Positions 11,024-19,973 of a DNA stretch of 25,875 nucleotides are shown one piece after another. How positions within the stretch are numbered: the first letter of the stretch is position 1; every line of letters begins with the position of its first letter. Source of the stretch: Actinomycetales bacterium (GTDB taxonomy: Bacteria > Actinomycetota > Actinomycetes > Actinomycetales > CAVURS01); the NCBI GenBank assembly GCA_045807245.1, contig JBJMHS010000008.1, positions 124,001 through 149,875 of the forward strand, written 5' to 3'. The position numbers and the translations under genes are program-made. The notes below the pieces were generated by a model. That model did no database searches. It saw nothing but the letters and a program-made list of their open reading frames with translations, and was not told the DNA's origin.

Positions 11024-12043
11024 CTAGCTGGAGGCGCGGATGACCAGCTGGGTCGGCAGGATGACGGCGGCATGCTGGCTGCCCTCGACGCCGTCGATCC
11101 GGGCCGCCAGCAGCTCGGCCATCGTCCGGCCCATCTCCTCGATCGGCTGGTGCACCGTCGTCAGCGCCGGCTCGCTGTCCTGGCTGCCCGGGGTGTCGTC
11201 GAAACCGACCACCGCGACGTCGTCGGGCACGCGCCGGCCGAGCGTGCGCAACGTCCGCAGCGCGGCGAGGGCCATCGGGTCGGACGCGGCGAAGATGGCG
11301 TCCAGCCCTGGCATCCGGCCGAGCAGCTCGCGCGTCGCGGCCTCGCCGCTCTCGCTGGTGTGGTCGCCGTACGCCACGAGCCGCTCGTCCACCGAGCCGA
11401 CCGCCTTCCGGTAGCCGTCGTACCGCTCGACGCCCGCGTTCATGTCCTGCGGACCGGCGATGGTCGCGATAGTGCGCCGCCCCCGCTCGATCAGATGGCT
11501 CACGGCAGCGAACGACCCGCCGAGGTTGTCGACCTCCACGTACGTCGGTGGCTCCCAGGTCAGCGGCCGGCCACCGACGACGACCGGCACCCCCTGCTCC
11601 TCCAGGAGCCGCGGCAGGGGATCGTCGCCGTGCAGGGACAGGACCATCGCGCCGTCGACGTGCTGGCCGGCCAGGTAGTGCACGAGTCGCTGCCGGTTCT
11701 CCGTCGTCGGCACCATCGTCAGCAACAGCTGCCGTCCCGACGACGTGACCGCCTCGCTGATGCCGCGCACGATGCGCGCGAAGAACGGCTGGTTGAAGAT
11801 GCGTTCCTCAGGTTCGGACACGACGAGGGCGACCGAGTCGGTACGACGCGTGACGAGCGCTCGCGCCGCACGGTTGGGGATGTAGCCCAGCTCTTCGGCC
11901 GCTCGCAGCACTGCGTCGCGGGTGCTGTCCGTGACGTGCGCTGAACCGTTGATGGCGCGTGAGGCCGTGCCCTGGCCGACACCGGCCAGCGCCGCGACCT
12001 GGCCGAGGGTCGGGCGGCCGGACGACCGCGATTCGATGGCCAT
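11024..12043 (-). CDS. LacI family transcriptional regulator, CelR/CebR-like
   Basis: HTH RPTLGQVAALAGVGQGTASRAING, LGYIPNRAARALVTRRTD, VPDDVAVVGFDD, LTTVHQP. ATG 12043 is preceded by CATAAT-N7 (leaderless). Confidence 0.93.
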   Translation of the reverse strand: MAIESRSSGRPTLGQVAALAGVGQGTASRAINGSAHVTDSTRDAVLRAAEELGYIPNRAARALVTRRTDSVALVVSEPEERIFNQPFFARIVRGISEAVTSSGRQLLLTMVPTTENRQRLVHYLAGQHVDGAMVLSLHGDDPLPRLLEEQGVPVVVGGRPLTWEPPTYVEVDNLGGSFAAVSHLIERGRRTIATIAGPQDMNAGVERYDGYRKAVGSVDERLVAYGDHTSESGEAATRELLGRMPGLDAIFAASDPMALAALRTLRTLGRRVPDDVAVVGFDDTPGSQDSEPALTTVHQPIEEMGRTMAELLAARIDGVEGSQHAAVILPTQLVIRASS

Positions 12044-12051
12044 GGCGGCAA

Positions 12052-13473
12052 TTATGGCGAGCCCGGTCCGCCGGCCAGCCCGGCGTACCAGAGCCCGCTC
12101 GCCTTCACGATGCGTTCCTGCGTCGCGAAGTCGACGTACACGATGCCGAACCGCTTGGCGAAACCCTCGGCCCACTCGAAGTTGTCGAGCAGCGACCACA
12201 CGAAGTAGCCCGTCACGGGGACGCCTGCGTCGACGGCGTCGGCGACGGCACCGACGTGCTGCTCGACGTAGGCCAGCCGCTCGGGGTCGTCGACCGTCCC
12301 GTCCGGCGACACCACGTCGTCGTACGCCGCGCCGTTCTCGGTGACGACGACCGGCACCTCGGGGTAGTCCCGATGTATCCGGGTCAGCGCGCGTGTGATC
12401 CCGGCACCGTCGACCTCCCAGCCGATCGCGGTCAGCGGCCGGCCGGTGCGCACCAACCGCACCCGTTCCGCGTTCGGGTACGGCGTGGGGCGGCCGCGCA
12501 CGTCCGCGACGGCACCATCCGCAACTCCCTCGACGTACAGGGCGTGGTAGTAGTTCACGCCGAGGTGGTCGATCGGCGCGCCGATCAGCGGTAGGTCCTC
12601 GGCCCGGATGAAGGTTTGGTCGCCGAGGGAGGCCAGGTCCTCGAGCACGTCAGCCGGGTAGCGGCCGAGCAGGACCGGATCGAGGAACAGCCGGTTGTGC
12701 AGCCCGTCGATGCGGCGCGCTGCGTCGAGGTCGGCCGGTGAGTCGGAGACGCTGTGCACGTCGAAGGTGTTGAGTGTGATGCCGATCTCGGCCCGAGAGC
12801 CGTTCTGCCGCAACGCTTCCAAGGCGAGGCCGTGGCCGAGTAGCAGGTGATGCGTCGCGGGCAGAGAGGCCGCCGGCTCCGTCCGCCCCGGCGCGTGGAC
12901 GCCCGAGGCGTACCCGAGGAAGGCCGAGCACCAGGGCTCGTTGAGCGTGATCCACTTGCTCACCCGGTCGCCCAGCGCGTCGTGCACGGTCGCGGCGTAC
13001 TCCGCGAACCGGTACGCCGTGTCGCGGACCGGCCAGCCGCCCGCGTCCTCGAGCGGTTGTGGGAGGTCCCAGTGATACAGCGTGAGCCACGGCTCGATGT
13101 CCGCGTCCAGCAGCTCGTCGACGAGGCGCCGGTAGAAGTCGAGCCCGCGCGGCTCGACCCGCGGCCCACCATCCGGATGGATGCGTGGCCAGGAGACCGA
13201 GAGGCGGTACGCGCCGATGCCGAGGTCCCGCATCAGATCGACGTCTCCCGGGTAGCGGACGTAGTGCTCGCACGCGACGTCGCCGGTGTCACCGTTCGCG
13301 ACCCGGCCCGGCGTGTGGGCGAACGTGTCCCAGATCGACGGCCCGCGACCGTCCGCGCTAGGTGCGCCTTCGATCTGGTACGCCGCAGTGGCGGCGCCCC
13401 AGACGAATGCCGACGGGAACCGCTCGGCCAGCGCGGGAACGTCCGGCCGAGGTCGGACGATAGGCAGGGTCAT
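12052..13473 (-). CDS. GH1 beta-glucosidase
   Basis: FVWGAATAAYQIEGA, TLYHWDLPQ, acid/base TLNEP, nucleophile VTENG, WSLLDNFEWAEG. Confidence 0.95.
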   Translation of the reverse strand: MTLPIVRPRPDVPALAERFPSAFVWGAATAAYQIEGAPSADGRGPSIWDTFAHTPGRVANGDTGDVACEHYVRYPGDVDLMRDLGIGAYRLSVSWPRIHPDGGPRVEPRGLDFYRRLVDELLDADIEPWLTLYHWDLPQPLEDAGGWPVRDTAYRFAEYAATVHDALGDRVSKWITLNEPWCSAFLGYASGVHAPGRTEPAASLPATHHLLLGHGLALEALRQNGSRAEIGITLNTFDVHSVSDSPADLDAARRIDGLHNRLFLDPVLLGRYPADVLEDLASLGDQTFIRAEDLPLIGAPIDHLGVNYYHALYVEGVADGAVADVRGRPTPYPNAERVRLVRTGRPLTAIGWEVDGAGITRALTRIHRDYPEVPVVVTENGAAYDDVVSPDGTVDDPERLAYVEQHVGAVADAVDAGVPVTGYFVWSLLDNFEWAEGFAKRFGIVYVDFATQERIVKASGLWYAGLAGGPGSP

Positions 13474-16061
13474 GCGGGGGTCCCCTTTCGGTCCGCACCA
13501 ACAAGGTGGTGCGTGAGGTCTGCGTCGGCGTAGACGGGCATCAGTGGTGAGCTCGCCCGGGCGCGGAGAATCTGCGCGTCGTTGACCGCGCGCAGGACGG
13601 GCCGTGAGGTGAGCGCGATGCTGTCGTGGCCCGCGTCACGCAGGTCGTGGTGCGGCAGCTCGACTCGCAGGACGGTCGTCTCACCCGGCAGCAAGGTGAC
13701 GAGCTGCTCGCCGACCTCCGCCGCGGGGTCGACCCGGTCGGCGAACAGGCACAGGTCGCGGACCAGCGAGTGAGCCTGGACCTCCACGTCATACCCGCCC
13801 GCCCGGGCGAGCACCCGGGTGGACATCTGGGCGACCGGCAGCTCCAGCTCGGCGTCCTCCGCGAACCACCACAGGGCTCGCCGGCCGTCCAGCTCGGCCA
13901 CGACCAGCTCGCCTTCGCGGCGGTCGGGGGAGGCCACGGACGCCGGCAGCGCGACCCGGACGGCCTGGCCGGGTGCGCAGTCGACGGGAAGGTCGGCACT
14001 GGCCAGCACCTCGCCGGAGACGCTGACCCGCCGCAGCGACAGCGACCCGCGCCAGGAGCAGCGTGGGTCGGCGACCACGACCGCAGTCAGCGCGCCGAGC
14101 GGCTGGACCGTGAGCAGGCGCTCGGCATACGCCCGGCGCATGGCGTACCAGGACGGCTTGCGCCGGCCCGCGCTGTCGACGACCGACCACGAGACGGCGG
14201 GCCAGCAGTCGTTGAGCTGCCACCAGACGACACCGGTGCATCGCTGCGGATGGCTGCGCAGGTGCTCGACGGCGGTGGTGAGCGCCCGGGCCTGCGCCAC
14301 CTGGGTCAGGAAGTGCCAGTCGTCGATGTCGGGGTCGGCGATGCCGAACCGGGCCAGACCGCGGGCCAGCTTGCGGTCCCCGTCGTCGGCCTTCTGCCGT
14401 CGCTCGAGGGCCGGGTCGCCGGTCGTGGCCGGAGGGGCGCCGAGGCCATCGGTGAGCGTCGACCATGCGGCCGGCGCCTGCCAGCCGAGCTCGGCGGCGA
14501 ACCGGGGCAGCCGGTCCCGGTAGGCCGGGTAGTCCAGCTCGTTCCACACATCCCAGATGTGCGAGACGCCGTACCGGTCGTCGTTCGGGTGGTGCTCCCA
14601 GCCGGAGAACGGGCTCCCCGGCCAGTACGGCCGGTGGGGGTCGAGCTCGGCGACGACGCGCGGGAGCAGGTCGCGGTAGAACCTCTCGCCCCAGGTGCGC
14701 CCACCCAGCTGGCCGGCCCAGCCCCAGTCGTGAAAGCCCCAGATGTTCTCGTTGTTGCCGTTCCACAGGGCGAGGCTCGGGTGGGGCATGAGCGACGCCA
14801 CGACCTCGCGGGCCTCGGCCTCGACCTCGCTCGCGAACGGCTCCTCCTCGGGATAGGCCGCGCAGGCGAACGCGAAGTCCTGCCAGACCAGCAGGCCCAG
14901 CCGGTCGCACAGGTCGTAGAAGTCGTGGCTCTCGTAGCGGCCACCGCCCCAGACGCGGACCAGGTTCACCCCTGCCTCGACCGCCTGGCCCAGACGCTCG
15001 GCGTACCGCGCCCGAGTCACCCGGTGCGGGAAGACGTCGTCCGGGACCCAGTTGACCCCGCGGACCGGGATCGGCTGGCCGTTGGCCTCGATCGCGAAGC
15101 CGGTGCCGATCGCGTCGGCACCGGTCCGGATCGAGACATCGCGGAACCCGACCGGTCGGCACCACGTGTCGAGCACCTCGCCGTCGGTGCCGAGGAGGTC
15201 GACCTGTACGTCGTACAGCGGCTGCTCGCCATGCCCGCGCGGCGACCAGCGGCGTACGGCCGGAACCGTCAGCTGCGTCACGACCTCGGCCGAGGCGCGG
15301 CCCGGGTCGAGCGGCGTCGTCGCGGTCAGATCGGTTGCGGCCGGCCCGTCGGGACCGGACAGCCGGACTCGCACGGCGAGCGAAACCTGCTGCGCTGCCA
15401 CCGGTTTCACGGTCGTATGGACCCGCAGCCGGCCGGCGTCCCCGTCGATGTCAGTCTCCGGACGCACGCCCGCGAGACGAGCCGTGGACCAGGTCTCCAG
15501 CCGCACCGGCTGCCAGATCCCCGCCGTGACGGTCGCAGGTCCCCAGTCCCAGCCGAAGCTGCAGGCCATCTTGCGGATCATGTTGTACGGCGCGGAGTAC
15601 GCCCCCGGGCGCGCGCCGAGCCGGGCGCGCATCCGTTCGGCGTAGGTCCAGGCCGACTCCAACCGGACGCTCAGTGGGTTGCTGCCGTCGTGGAGGAGCC
15701 GGGTGACGTCGACCCGGTGAGAACGATGCATGTTCGCCGTGCGCGCGATGCGCTGGCCCCCGAGCCAGATCTCCGCGGCGGTGTCGAGGCCGTCGAACAC
15801 GAGCTCCTGTCGCTCGCTGCCGTCGGGTCGCCACCACAGTTCGTGGCGGTACTCCCAGTCCTGCCGGCCGACCCACGCCGTCGTGGCCTCATGATCTGTG
15901 ACGACGGCGTCAGGGATGACCCCGGCCGCCATCAGGTCGGTGTGGACCGAGCCCGGAACCGTTGCGGAATAACGCTTCCCCACCAGACTGGCAGGCGTGT
16001 CGGCCGCGCGGGGGCCGCCGAGTGCGAGCACCCAGCCGTCGGACAGATCGCGGCGGTTCAC
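13470..16061 (-). CDS. GH2 glycoside hydrolase, beta-mannosidase-like
   Basis: FDGLDT, IRKMACSFGWDWGP, RGVNWVP, VRVWGGGRYE, WNGNNE, RFAAELGWQA, WQLNDCWP. GTG 16061 overlaps the permease stop (GTGA). No signal peptide. Confidence 0.9.
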   Translation of the reverse strand: MNRRDLSDGWVLALGGPRAADTPASLVGKRYSATVPGSVHTDLMAAGVIPDAVVTDHEATTAWVGRQDWEYRHELWWRPDGSERQELVFDGLDTAAEIWLGGQRIARTANMHRSHRVDVTRLLHDGSNPLSVRLESAWTYAERMRARLGARPGAYSAPYNMIRKMACSFGWDWGPATVTAGIWQPVRLETWSTARLAGVRPETDIDGDAGRLRVHTTVKPVAAQQVSLAVRVRLSGPDGPAATDLTATTPLDPGRASAEVVTQLTVPAVRRWSPRGHGEQPLYDVQVDLLGTDGEVLDTWCRPVGFRDVSIRTGADAIGTGFAIEANGQPIPVRGVNWVPDDVFPHRVTRARYAERLGQAVEAGVNLVRVWGGGRYESHDFYDLCDRLGLLVWQDFAFACAAYPEEEPFASEVEAEAREVVASLMPHPSLALWNGNNENIWGFHDWGWAGQLGGRTWGERFYRDLLPRVVAELDPHRPYWPGSPFSGWEHHPNDDRYGVSHIWDVWNELDYPAYRDRLPRFAAELGWQAPAAWSTLTDGLGAPPATTGDPALERRQKADDGDRKLARGLARFGIADPDIDDWHFLTQVAQARALTTAVEHLRSHPQRCTGVVWWQLNDCWPAVSWSVVDSAGRRKPSWYAMRRAYAERLLTVQPLGALTAVVVADPRCSWRGSLSLRRVSVSGEVLASADLPVDCAPGQAVRVALPASVASPDRREGELVVAELDGRRALWWFAEDAELELPVAQMSTRVLARAGGYDVEVQAHSLVRDLCLFADRVDPAAEVGEQLVTLLPGETTVLRVELPHHDLRDAGHDSIALTSRPVLRAVNDAQILRARASSPLMPVYADADLTHHLVGADRKGTPA

Positions 16062-16915
16062 GACTTGACCGCACCTTCCATGATCCCGGCCACCAGCTGC
16101 TTGCCCGCGACGAAGAACACGATGAGCAGCGGGAGGGTGGCCAGGAAGGCGCCCGCGAGAACGCGCGAGTACACGACGAACTGGCCCGAGGCGAGGTTGC
16201 TCAGAGCGACCTGCACCGTCGGGTGCTCTCCACCGCCGAGCGTGATGAGCGGCCACTGGAAGTCGTTCCAGGTCGAGACGAACGTCAGCATGCCCAGGAC
16301 ACCGAGGGCCGGCCGCATGGCGGGCAGGGCGATGCTGCGGTAGACCCGGAACGTCGATGCGCCGTCGACCCGCCCGGACTCGATGAGCTCGTCCGGCACG
16401 GCCTCCACCGCGTACTGGCGCATGTAGAAGACGCCGAAGGCAGTGACCAGACCGGGGACGATGACCGCCTTCAGGTCGCCGTTCCAGCCGAACTTGCTCA
16501 TCAGGATGTACAGCGCCACCAGGCCGAGCTGGTTCGGGACCGTCATCGTGAGCACGAGCGTGAGGAAGAGCGGGTTGCGCCCGCGGAAGCGCAGCTTGGC
16601 GAAGGCGAAGCCGGCGAGGGAGCAGAAGAAGAGGACGGACACGGTCACAACCACCGTTACGAGCGCGCTGTTGAACAGCGACCGGACGAAGTAGACGTTG
16701 TCCATCGTGAAGACCTGATGGACGTTGTCTCCCAGGTTCGTCCCTGGCACACCGCTCGGCGGGAGCTTGGCCAGCTCCTCGTCCGTGCTCGACCCGACGA
16801 CGAAGGTCCAGTAGAGCGGGAACGCCGAGATCGCGATGATCACCAGCAGGACGACGTAGGTGAGCGGTCCGGCCGGCGTCTCCTGCGGCGCACGGCTCTT
16901 CACGGCGGTGCTCAT
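16058..16915 (-). CDS. Carbohydrate ABC transporter permease (MalG/CebG-like)
   Basis: Multiple TM helices; EAA loop VPDELIESGRVDGAS; WNDFQWP. ATG 16915 overlaps the upstream stop. Confidence 0.93.
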   Translation of the reverse strand: MSTAVKSRAPQETPAGPLTYVVLLVIIAISAFPLYWTFVVGSSTDEELAKLPPSGVPGTNLGDNVHQVFTMDNVYFVRSLFNSALVTVVVTVSVLFFCSLAGFAFAKLRFRGRNPLFLTLVLTMTVPNQLGLVALYILMSKFGWNGDLKAVIVPGLVTAFGVFYMRQYAVEAVPDELIESGRVDGASTFRVYRSIALPAMRPALGVLGMLTFVSTWNDFQWPLITLGGGEHPTVQVALSNLASGQFVVYSRVLAGAFLATLPLLIVFFVAGKQLVAGIMEGAVKS

Positions 16916-17919
16916 GACCGCCCCCACTTGCGCGTCGTCAGGTAGGAGTTGACCGACGCGAACAGGATGATGATCAGGAAGATCGCCCACGACAGGGCCG
17001 CGGCATAGCCGAGGTTGAGGTCCTTCCACCCGACCTTGTAGACCATCAGGGCGACGGTCTGGAACTGGCCTGTGGAGCCGCCGGTCGCGTTGCTCAGGTT
17101 ATTGTCGAACAGCAACGGTTCGGTGAACAGCTGCATGCCGCCGATGGTCGACAGGACGACGGTGAACAGGATGGTCGGCCTGATGAGCGGGACCGTGATG
17201 CGGACGAACTGCCGCCACTGGCCGGCGCCGTCGATCGAAGCCGCCTCGTAGAGGTCGCGCGGCACCACCTGCATCGCGGCCAGGTAGATCAACGTGTTGT
17301 AGCCGATCCATCGCCAGTCGACCATGGCCGAGATGGCGATCCAGGACGACCACTTGTCGGCTCGCCAGTCGATCGGCCCGACATGGACGATCGACAGGAG
17401 CCAGTTGACGACGCCGAAGTCCTTGGCGAACACCGCGCCGAACACCAGCGTCGACGCGGCGATCGGCGTGATGTACGGCAGCAGCACGGCGACCCGCAGG
17501 AACGTGCGGGCGCGAAGCTTGCGGTTGAGCAGGCTGGCCAGCCAGAGCGCGAGCAGCAGCTGCGGGATGCTCGACAGCAACATGATGCCGACGGTGTTCT
17601 CGAGGGCGTTCCACCAGTCGCTGTCCGTGAGGAGCCGGCGGTAGTTGTCGAACCCCGCCCAGCCGTTGGCCGACGGGTCGTCGAGCTTCCAGGTGCGCAG
17701 CGACACCACCGCGTTGAACAGCAGCGGGAACATCCCGAAGACGCCGAACAACACGAAGAACGGAGCGATGAACAGATACGGCGAGTAGCGCATGTCCCAG
17801 CGGTGCAGGCGGCTGCGCGCCCTGGGCCCCAGCGTCGGCCGGCGTCGGGCGGGCCGAGGCGCCGGCGGCTGGGGGGTGGGGTCCGTCGTACGGTCCTGAA
17901 CTCCGTGAGTCGTGGCCAT
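16912..17919 (-). CDS. Carbohydrate ABC transporter permease (MalF/CebF-like)
   Basis: YLFIAPFF, GFDNY, EAA loop DLYEAASIDGAGQWRQF, STIGGMQLFTEP. Confidence 0.93.
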   Translation of the reverse strand: MATTHGVQDRTTDPTPQPPAPRPARRRPTLGPRARSRLHRWDMRYSPYLFIAPFFVLFGVFGMFPLLFNAVVSLRTWKLDDPSANGWAGFDNYRRLLTDSDWWNALENTVGIMLLSSIPQLLLALWLASLLNRKLRARTFLRVAVLLPYITPIAASTLVFGAVFAKDFGVVNWLLSIVHVGPIDWRADKWSSWIAISAMVDWRWIGYNTLIYLAAMQVVPRDLYEAASIDGAGQWRQFVRITVPLIRPTILFTVVLSTIGGMQLFTEPLLFDNNLSNATGGSTGQFQTVALMVYKVGWKDLNLGYAAALSWAIFLIIILFASVNSYLTTRKWGRS

Positions 17920-17959
17920 GTCGGTCCCCCGGGGAGGTGTCGGGTCGCGGTCTGAGAGC

Positions 17960-18005
17960 CGGGGTCGGGATGGGGCCTGCGAGGGAAGGCCCCACCCCTA
18001 CCCCG
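17960..18005 (-). terminator. Intercistronic stem-loop downstream of the SBP gene
   Basis: Arms cggggtcgggatggggcct and aggccccacccctaccccg (2 mismatches), 8-nt loop, between the SBP stop and the first permease. Typical partial terminator or mRNA stabiliser. Confidence 0.7.
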
Positions 18006-18010
18006 AGCGG

Positions 18011-19309
18011 TCAGCTGCCCGCTGCCTTCTCGGCGTCGGTGACCGCCTTGTTCCACGCCGCCGTGCCGTTGATCTTGCCCTGTTGGATGGCGACCAGGAC
18101 GTTCTCGACGGCGACACGCACCGCTCCGCTCTTACGGCCGAGGTACTGCGGCGTGAGCTTCAGCGCGGTCTGCGGGAAGATCACACCCACCGGCGCGTTG
18201 TTGAAGAACGGGTTGGTGAACGCCTTCAGCGCCGGGTCGTCGTACAGCGCAGGCTGCGACGGGAGGTTGCCGACCGTCTTGAAGATGGCGATCTGCTGCG
18301 TCGGCTGCGCGACCCACTTGATGAAGTCCCAGGCTTCCTTCTGGTGCTTGCCCTGCTTCGGGATCGTCAGGAACGACCCGCCCCAGTTGCCACCGCCACC
18401 GGGGATTGCGGCGATGTCCCAGTTGCCGGCGCTCGCCGGAGCCTCCTGCTGGATGTAGCCGAGCTGCCAGGCCGGGCAGGCCAGCACCGCGAAGGCGCCG
18501 TTCTTGAACGCGGCGTTCCACTCCGGCGTGTACGCCTGGAGGTTGGCCGAGATGCCGGCCTGGATCGCTGCTGTCGCGACATTCCAGGCCGCCTGGGGAC
18601 CACCGTCCATCGCCAGCTTCTCGTTCTGGTCGACGTAGCCCACGGGCTGTTGAGCCAGAACGGGGTTCATGATGTTGCTGGCCGCGTCGACGAACTTCTT
18701 CTTGGGGTCCTTGATGCCCGAGACGTACTGCTTGCCGACGTTGATGAAGTCCTGCCACGTGGGCCAGAGCGCCGAGACCTTGTCCCGGTCGGTCGGTAGG
18801 CCCGCCTTGGCGAACAGGTCACGGCGGTAGCACATCGCCTGGCCGCCGACGTCGGTGCCGAGGCCGATCTGCGTCTTGCCGTCGGCCGACAGCGACTCCT
18901 TCCACTTCCAGGGCAGGTACTTGCTCTGGAAGTCCGAGGCGCCGGGCATTGTCAGCAGGTTGACGAACTTGTCCGCCTGGTTGCGGAACTGGACGATGAA
19001 GCCCTCGTCGATCGCGGCGATGTCGGGAGCGCCCGAGCCGGCCACGAGGTACTTCTGCAGGTTCTGGTGCTGCTGGTTGTAGTCACCCGAGTTGAGCACG
19101 ATGTGGACGTTCGGGTGGGCCTTCTCGTACTCCGGGACCAGCTGCTTGAAGCCGAAGTCACCCCAGAAGTTGATCTTCAGGGTGACCGGCGTCTTGCTGT
19201 CGGAGGCGTTCTTGCTGTCCGAGCCGGAGCCTCCGCAAGCGGTGAGGGCCAAGGCTCCGACGGCAGCAACCGCGCCGAGCCGGAACCAGTGGGAACGGGC
19301 TTTCGTCAT
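18011..19309 (-). CDS. Sugar ABC transporter substrate-binding lipoprotein (CebE-like)
   Basis: Lipobox LTAC; GSGAPDI, GTDVGGQAMCYRRDLF, GGGGNWGGSFL; RBS GGAGG 6 nt before ATG 19309. Confidence 0.93.
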   Translation of the reverse strand: MTKARSHWFRLGAVAAVGALALTACGGSGSDSKNASDSKTPVTLKINFWGDFGFKQLVPEYEKAHPNVHIVLNSGDYNQQHQNLQKYLVAGSGAPDIAAIDEGFIVQFRNQADKFVNLLTMPGASDFQSKYLPWKWKESLSADGKTQIGLGTDVGGQAMCYRRDLFAKAGLPTDRDKVSALWPTWQDFINVGKQYVSGIKDPKKKFVDAASNIMNPVLAQQPVGYVDQNEKLAMDGGPQAAWNVATAAIQAGISANLQAYTPEWNAAFKNGAFAVLACPAWQLGYIQQEAPASAGNWDIAAIPGGGGNWGGSFLTIPKQGKHQKEAWDFIKWVAQPTQQIAIFKTVGNLPSQPALYDDPALKAFTNPFFNNAPVGVIFPQTALKLTPQYLGRKSGAVRVAVENVLVAIQQGKINGTAAWNKAVTDAEKAAGS

Positions 19310-19347
19310 CACAAGCCTCCGCGGGGTTCACTCTATGTGCGGTGGTC

Positions 19348-19365
19348 CGTGGAAGCGCTTCCACG
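19348..19365. promoter_or_regulatory. LacI-family operator
   Basis: Perfect 18-bp palindrome CGTGGAAGCGCTTCCACG with the central AGCGCT of CelR/CebR boxes, just downstream of the predicted promoter. Confidence 0.88.
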
Positions 19366-19378
19366 AAATGGCGGCTTC

Positions 19379-19408
19379 AGAGTGGGACCGCGCCGCGCAG
19401 CATGTCAA
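19379..19408 (-). promoter_or_regulatory. Housekeeping-sigma promoter of the sugar operon
   Basis: Minus-strand TTGACA (19408-19403), N18, CACTCT (19384-19379). Confidence 0.65.
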
Positions 19409-19481
19409 CAGATCCTCAGATCACGATGAGGTAACGGGACCGTGAACGCCGGCGGTCGCTGAGCACGGATTGTGCGGCGAG

Positions 19482-19528
19482 TTGACAAACCTCTCGCCGC
19501 TGCAGATGGTTAAGCACATGCTTAACCA
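19482..19528 (+). promoter_or_regulatory. arsR promoter and autoregulatory palindrome
   Basis: TTGACA (19482-19487), N17, GATGGT; perfect 10-2-10 palindrome TGGTTAAGCA-CA-TGCTTAACCA (19507-19528) spanning ATG 19518. Confidence 0.8.
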
Positions 19529-19859
19529 ATCGGCCTTGGACGGCGTGTTTCAGGCTCTCGCCGACCCCAGTCGGAGAGCGATGGTGGAGCGGCTGAGCCG
19601 GGGCCGGGCGTCGGTCACGGAGCTGGCCGCGCCGCTCGAGATGTCGCTCCCGGCCGTGCTCCAGCACCTCCAGGTACTCGAGGCGGCCGGCCTGGTCCAC
19701 TCCGAGAAGGTGGGTCGCGTGCGAATCTGCCGGGTCGAGCTGCGCGCGCTCACTCCGGCCGAGCGCTGGATCGCGCAGCGGCGCACCGCCTGGGAGCGCC
19801 GCCTGGACCGGCTGGGCGAGTACCTCGACAAGACGAAGCACCCGAAGGAGAAGCCATGA
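19518..19859 (+). CDS. ArsR/SmtB family regulator (SRPBCC-associated type)
   Basis: MLNQSALDGVFQALADPSRRAMVERL...SVTELAAPLEMSLPAVLQHLQVLEAAGLVHSEKVGRVR...WERRLDRLGEYL. Confidence 0.92.
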   Translation: MLNQSALDGVFQALADPSRRAMVERLSRGRASVTELAAPLEMSLPAVLQHLQVLEAAGLVHSEKVGRVRICRVELRALTPAERWIAQRRTAWERRLDRLGEYLDKTKHPKEKP

Positions 19860-19964
19860 GCAGTACGACGAGCGGCAGTGGTTCGGCGGCGGCGACGGGT
19901 GGGACCCCGTCGCGACGGCACCGAGCAGCTGCTCGACGCGCTCGGGGCCGCCCTGGGTGCCTAA
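19856..19964 (+). pseudogene. Deleted remnant of an SRPBCC/AHSA1-like gene
   Basis: RBS AAGGAG and ATGA-coupled start (MSST) at 19856. Fragment RQWFGGGDGWD from 19873 and C-terminal RDGTEQLLDALGAALGA* (19911-19964) lie in two other frames. Confidence 0.7.
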
Positions 19965-19973
19965 TGTGTGCCC

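Noticed and set aside
13626..16343. 905-aa plus-strand ORF
   Set aside because: Antisense shadow of the GH2 gene.
16058..19309. ABC transporter lacking an ATPase as a sign of decay
   Set aside because: Normal for actinobacterial sugar ABC systems, which share an MsiK-type ATPase.
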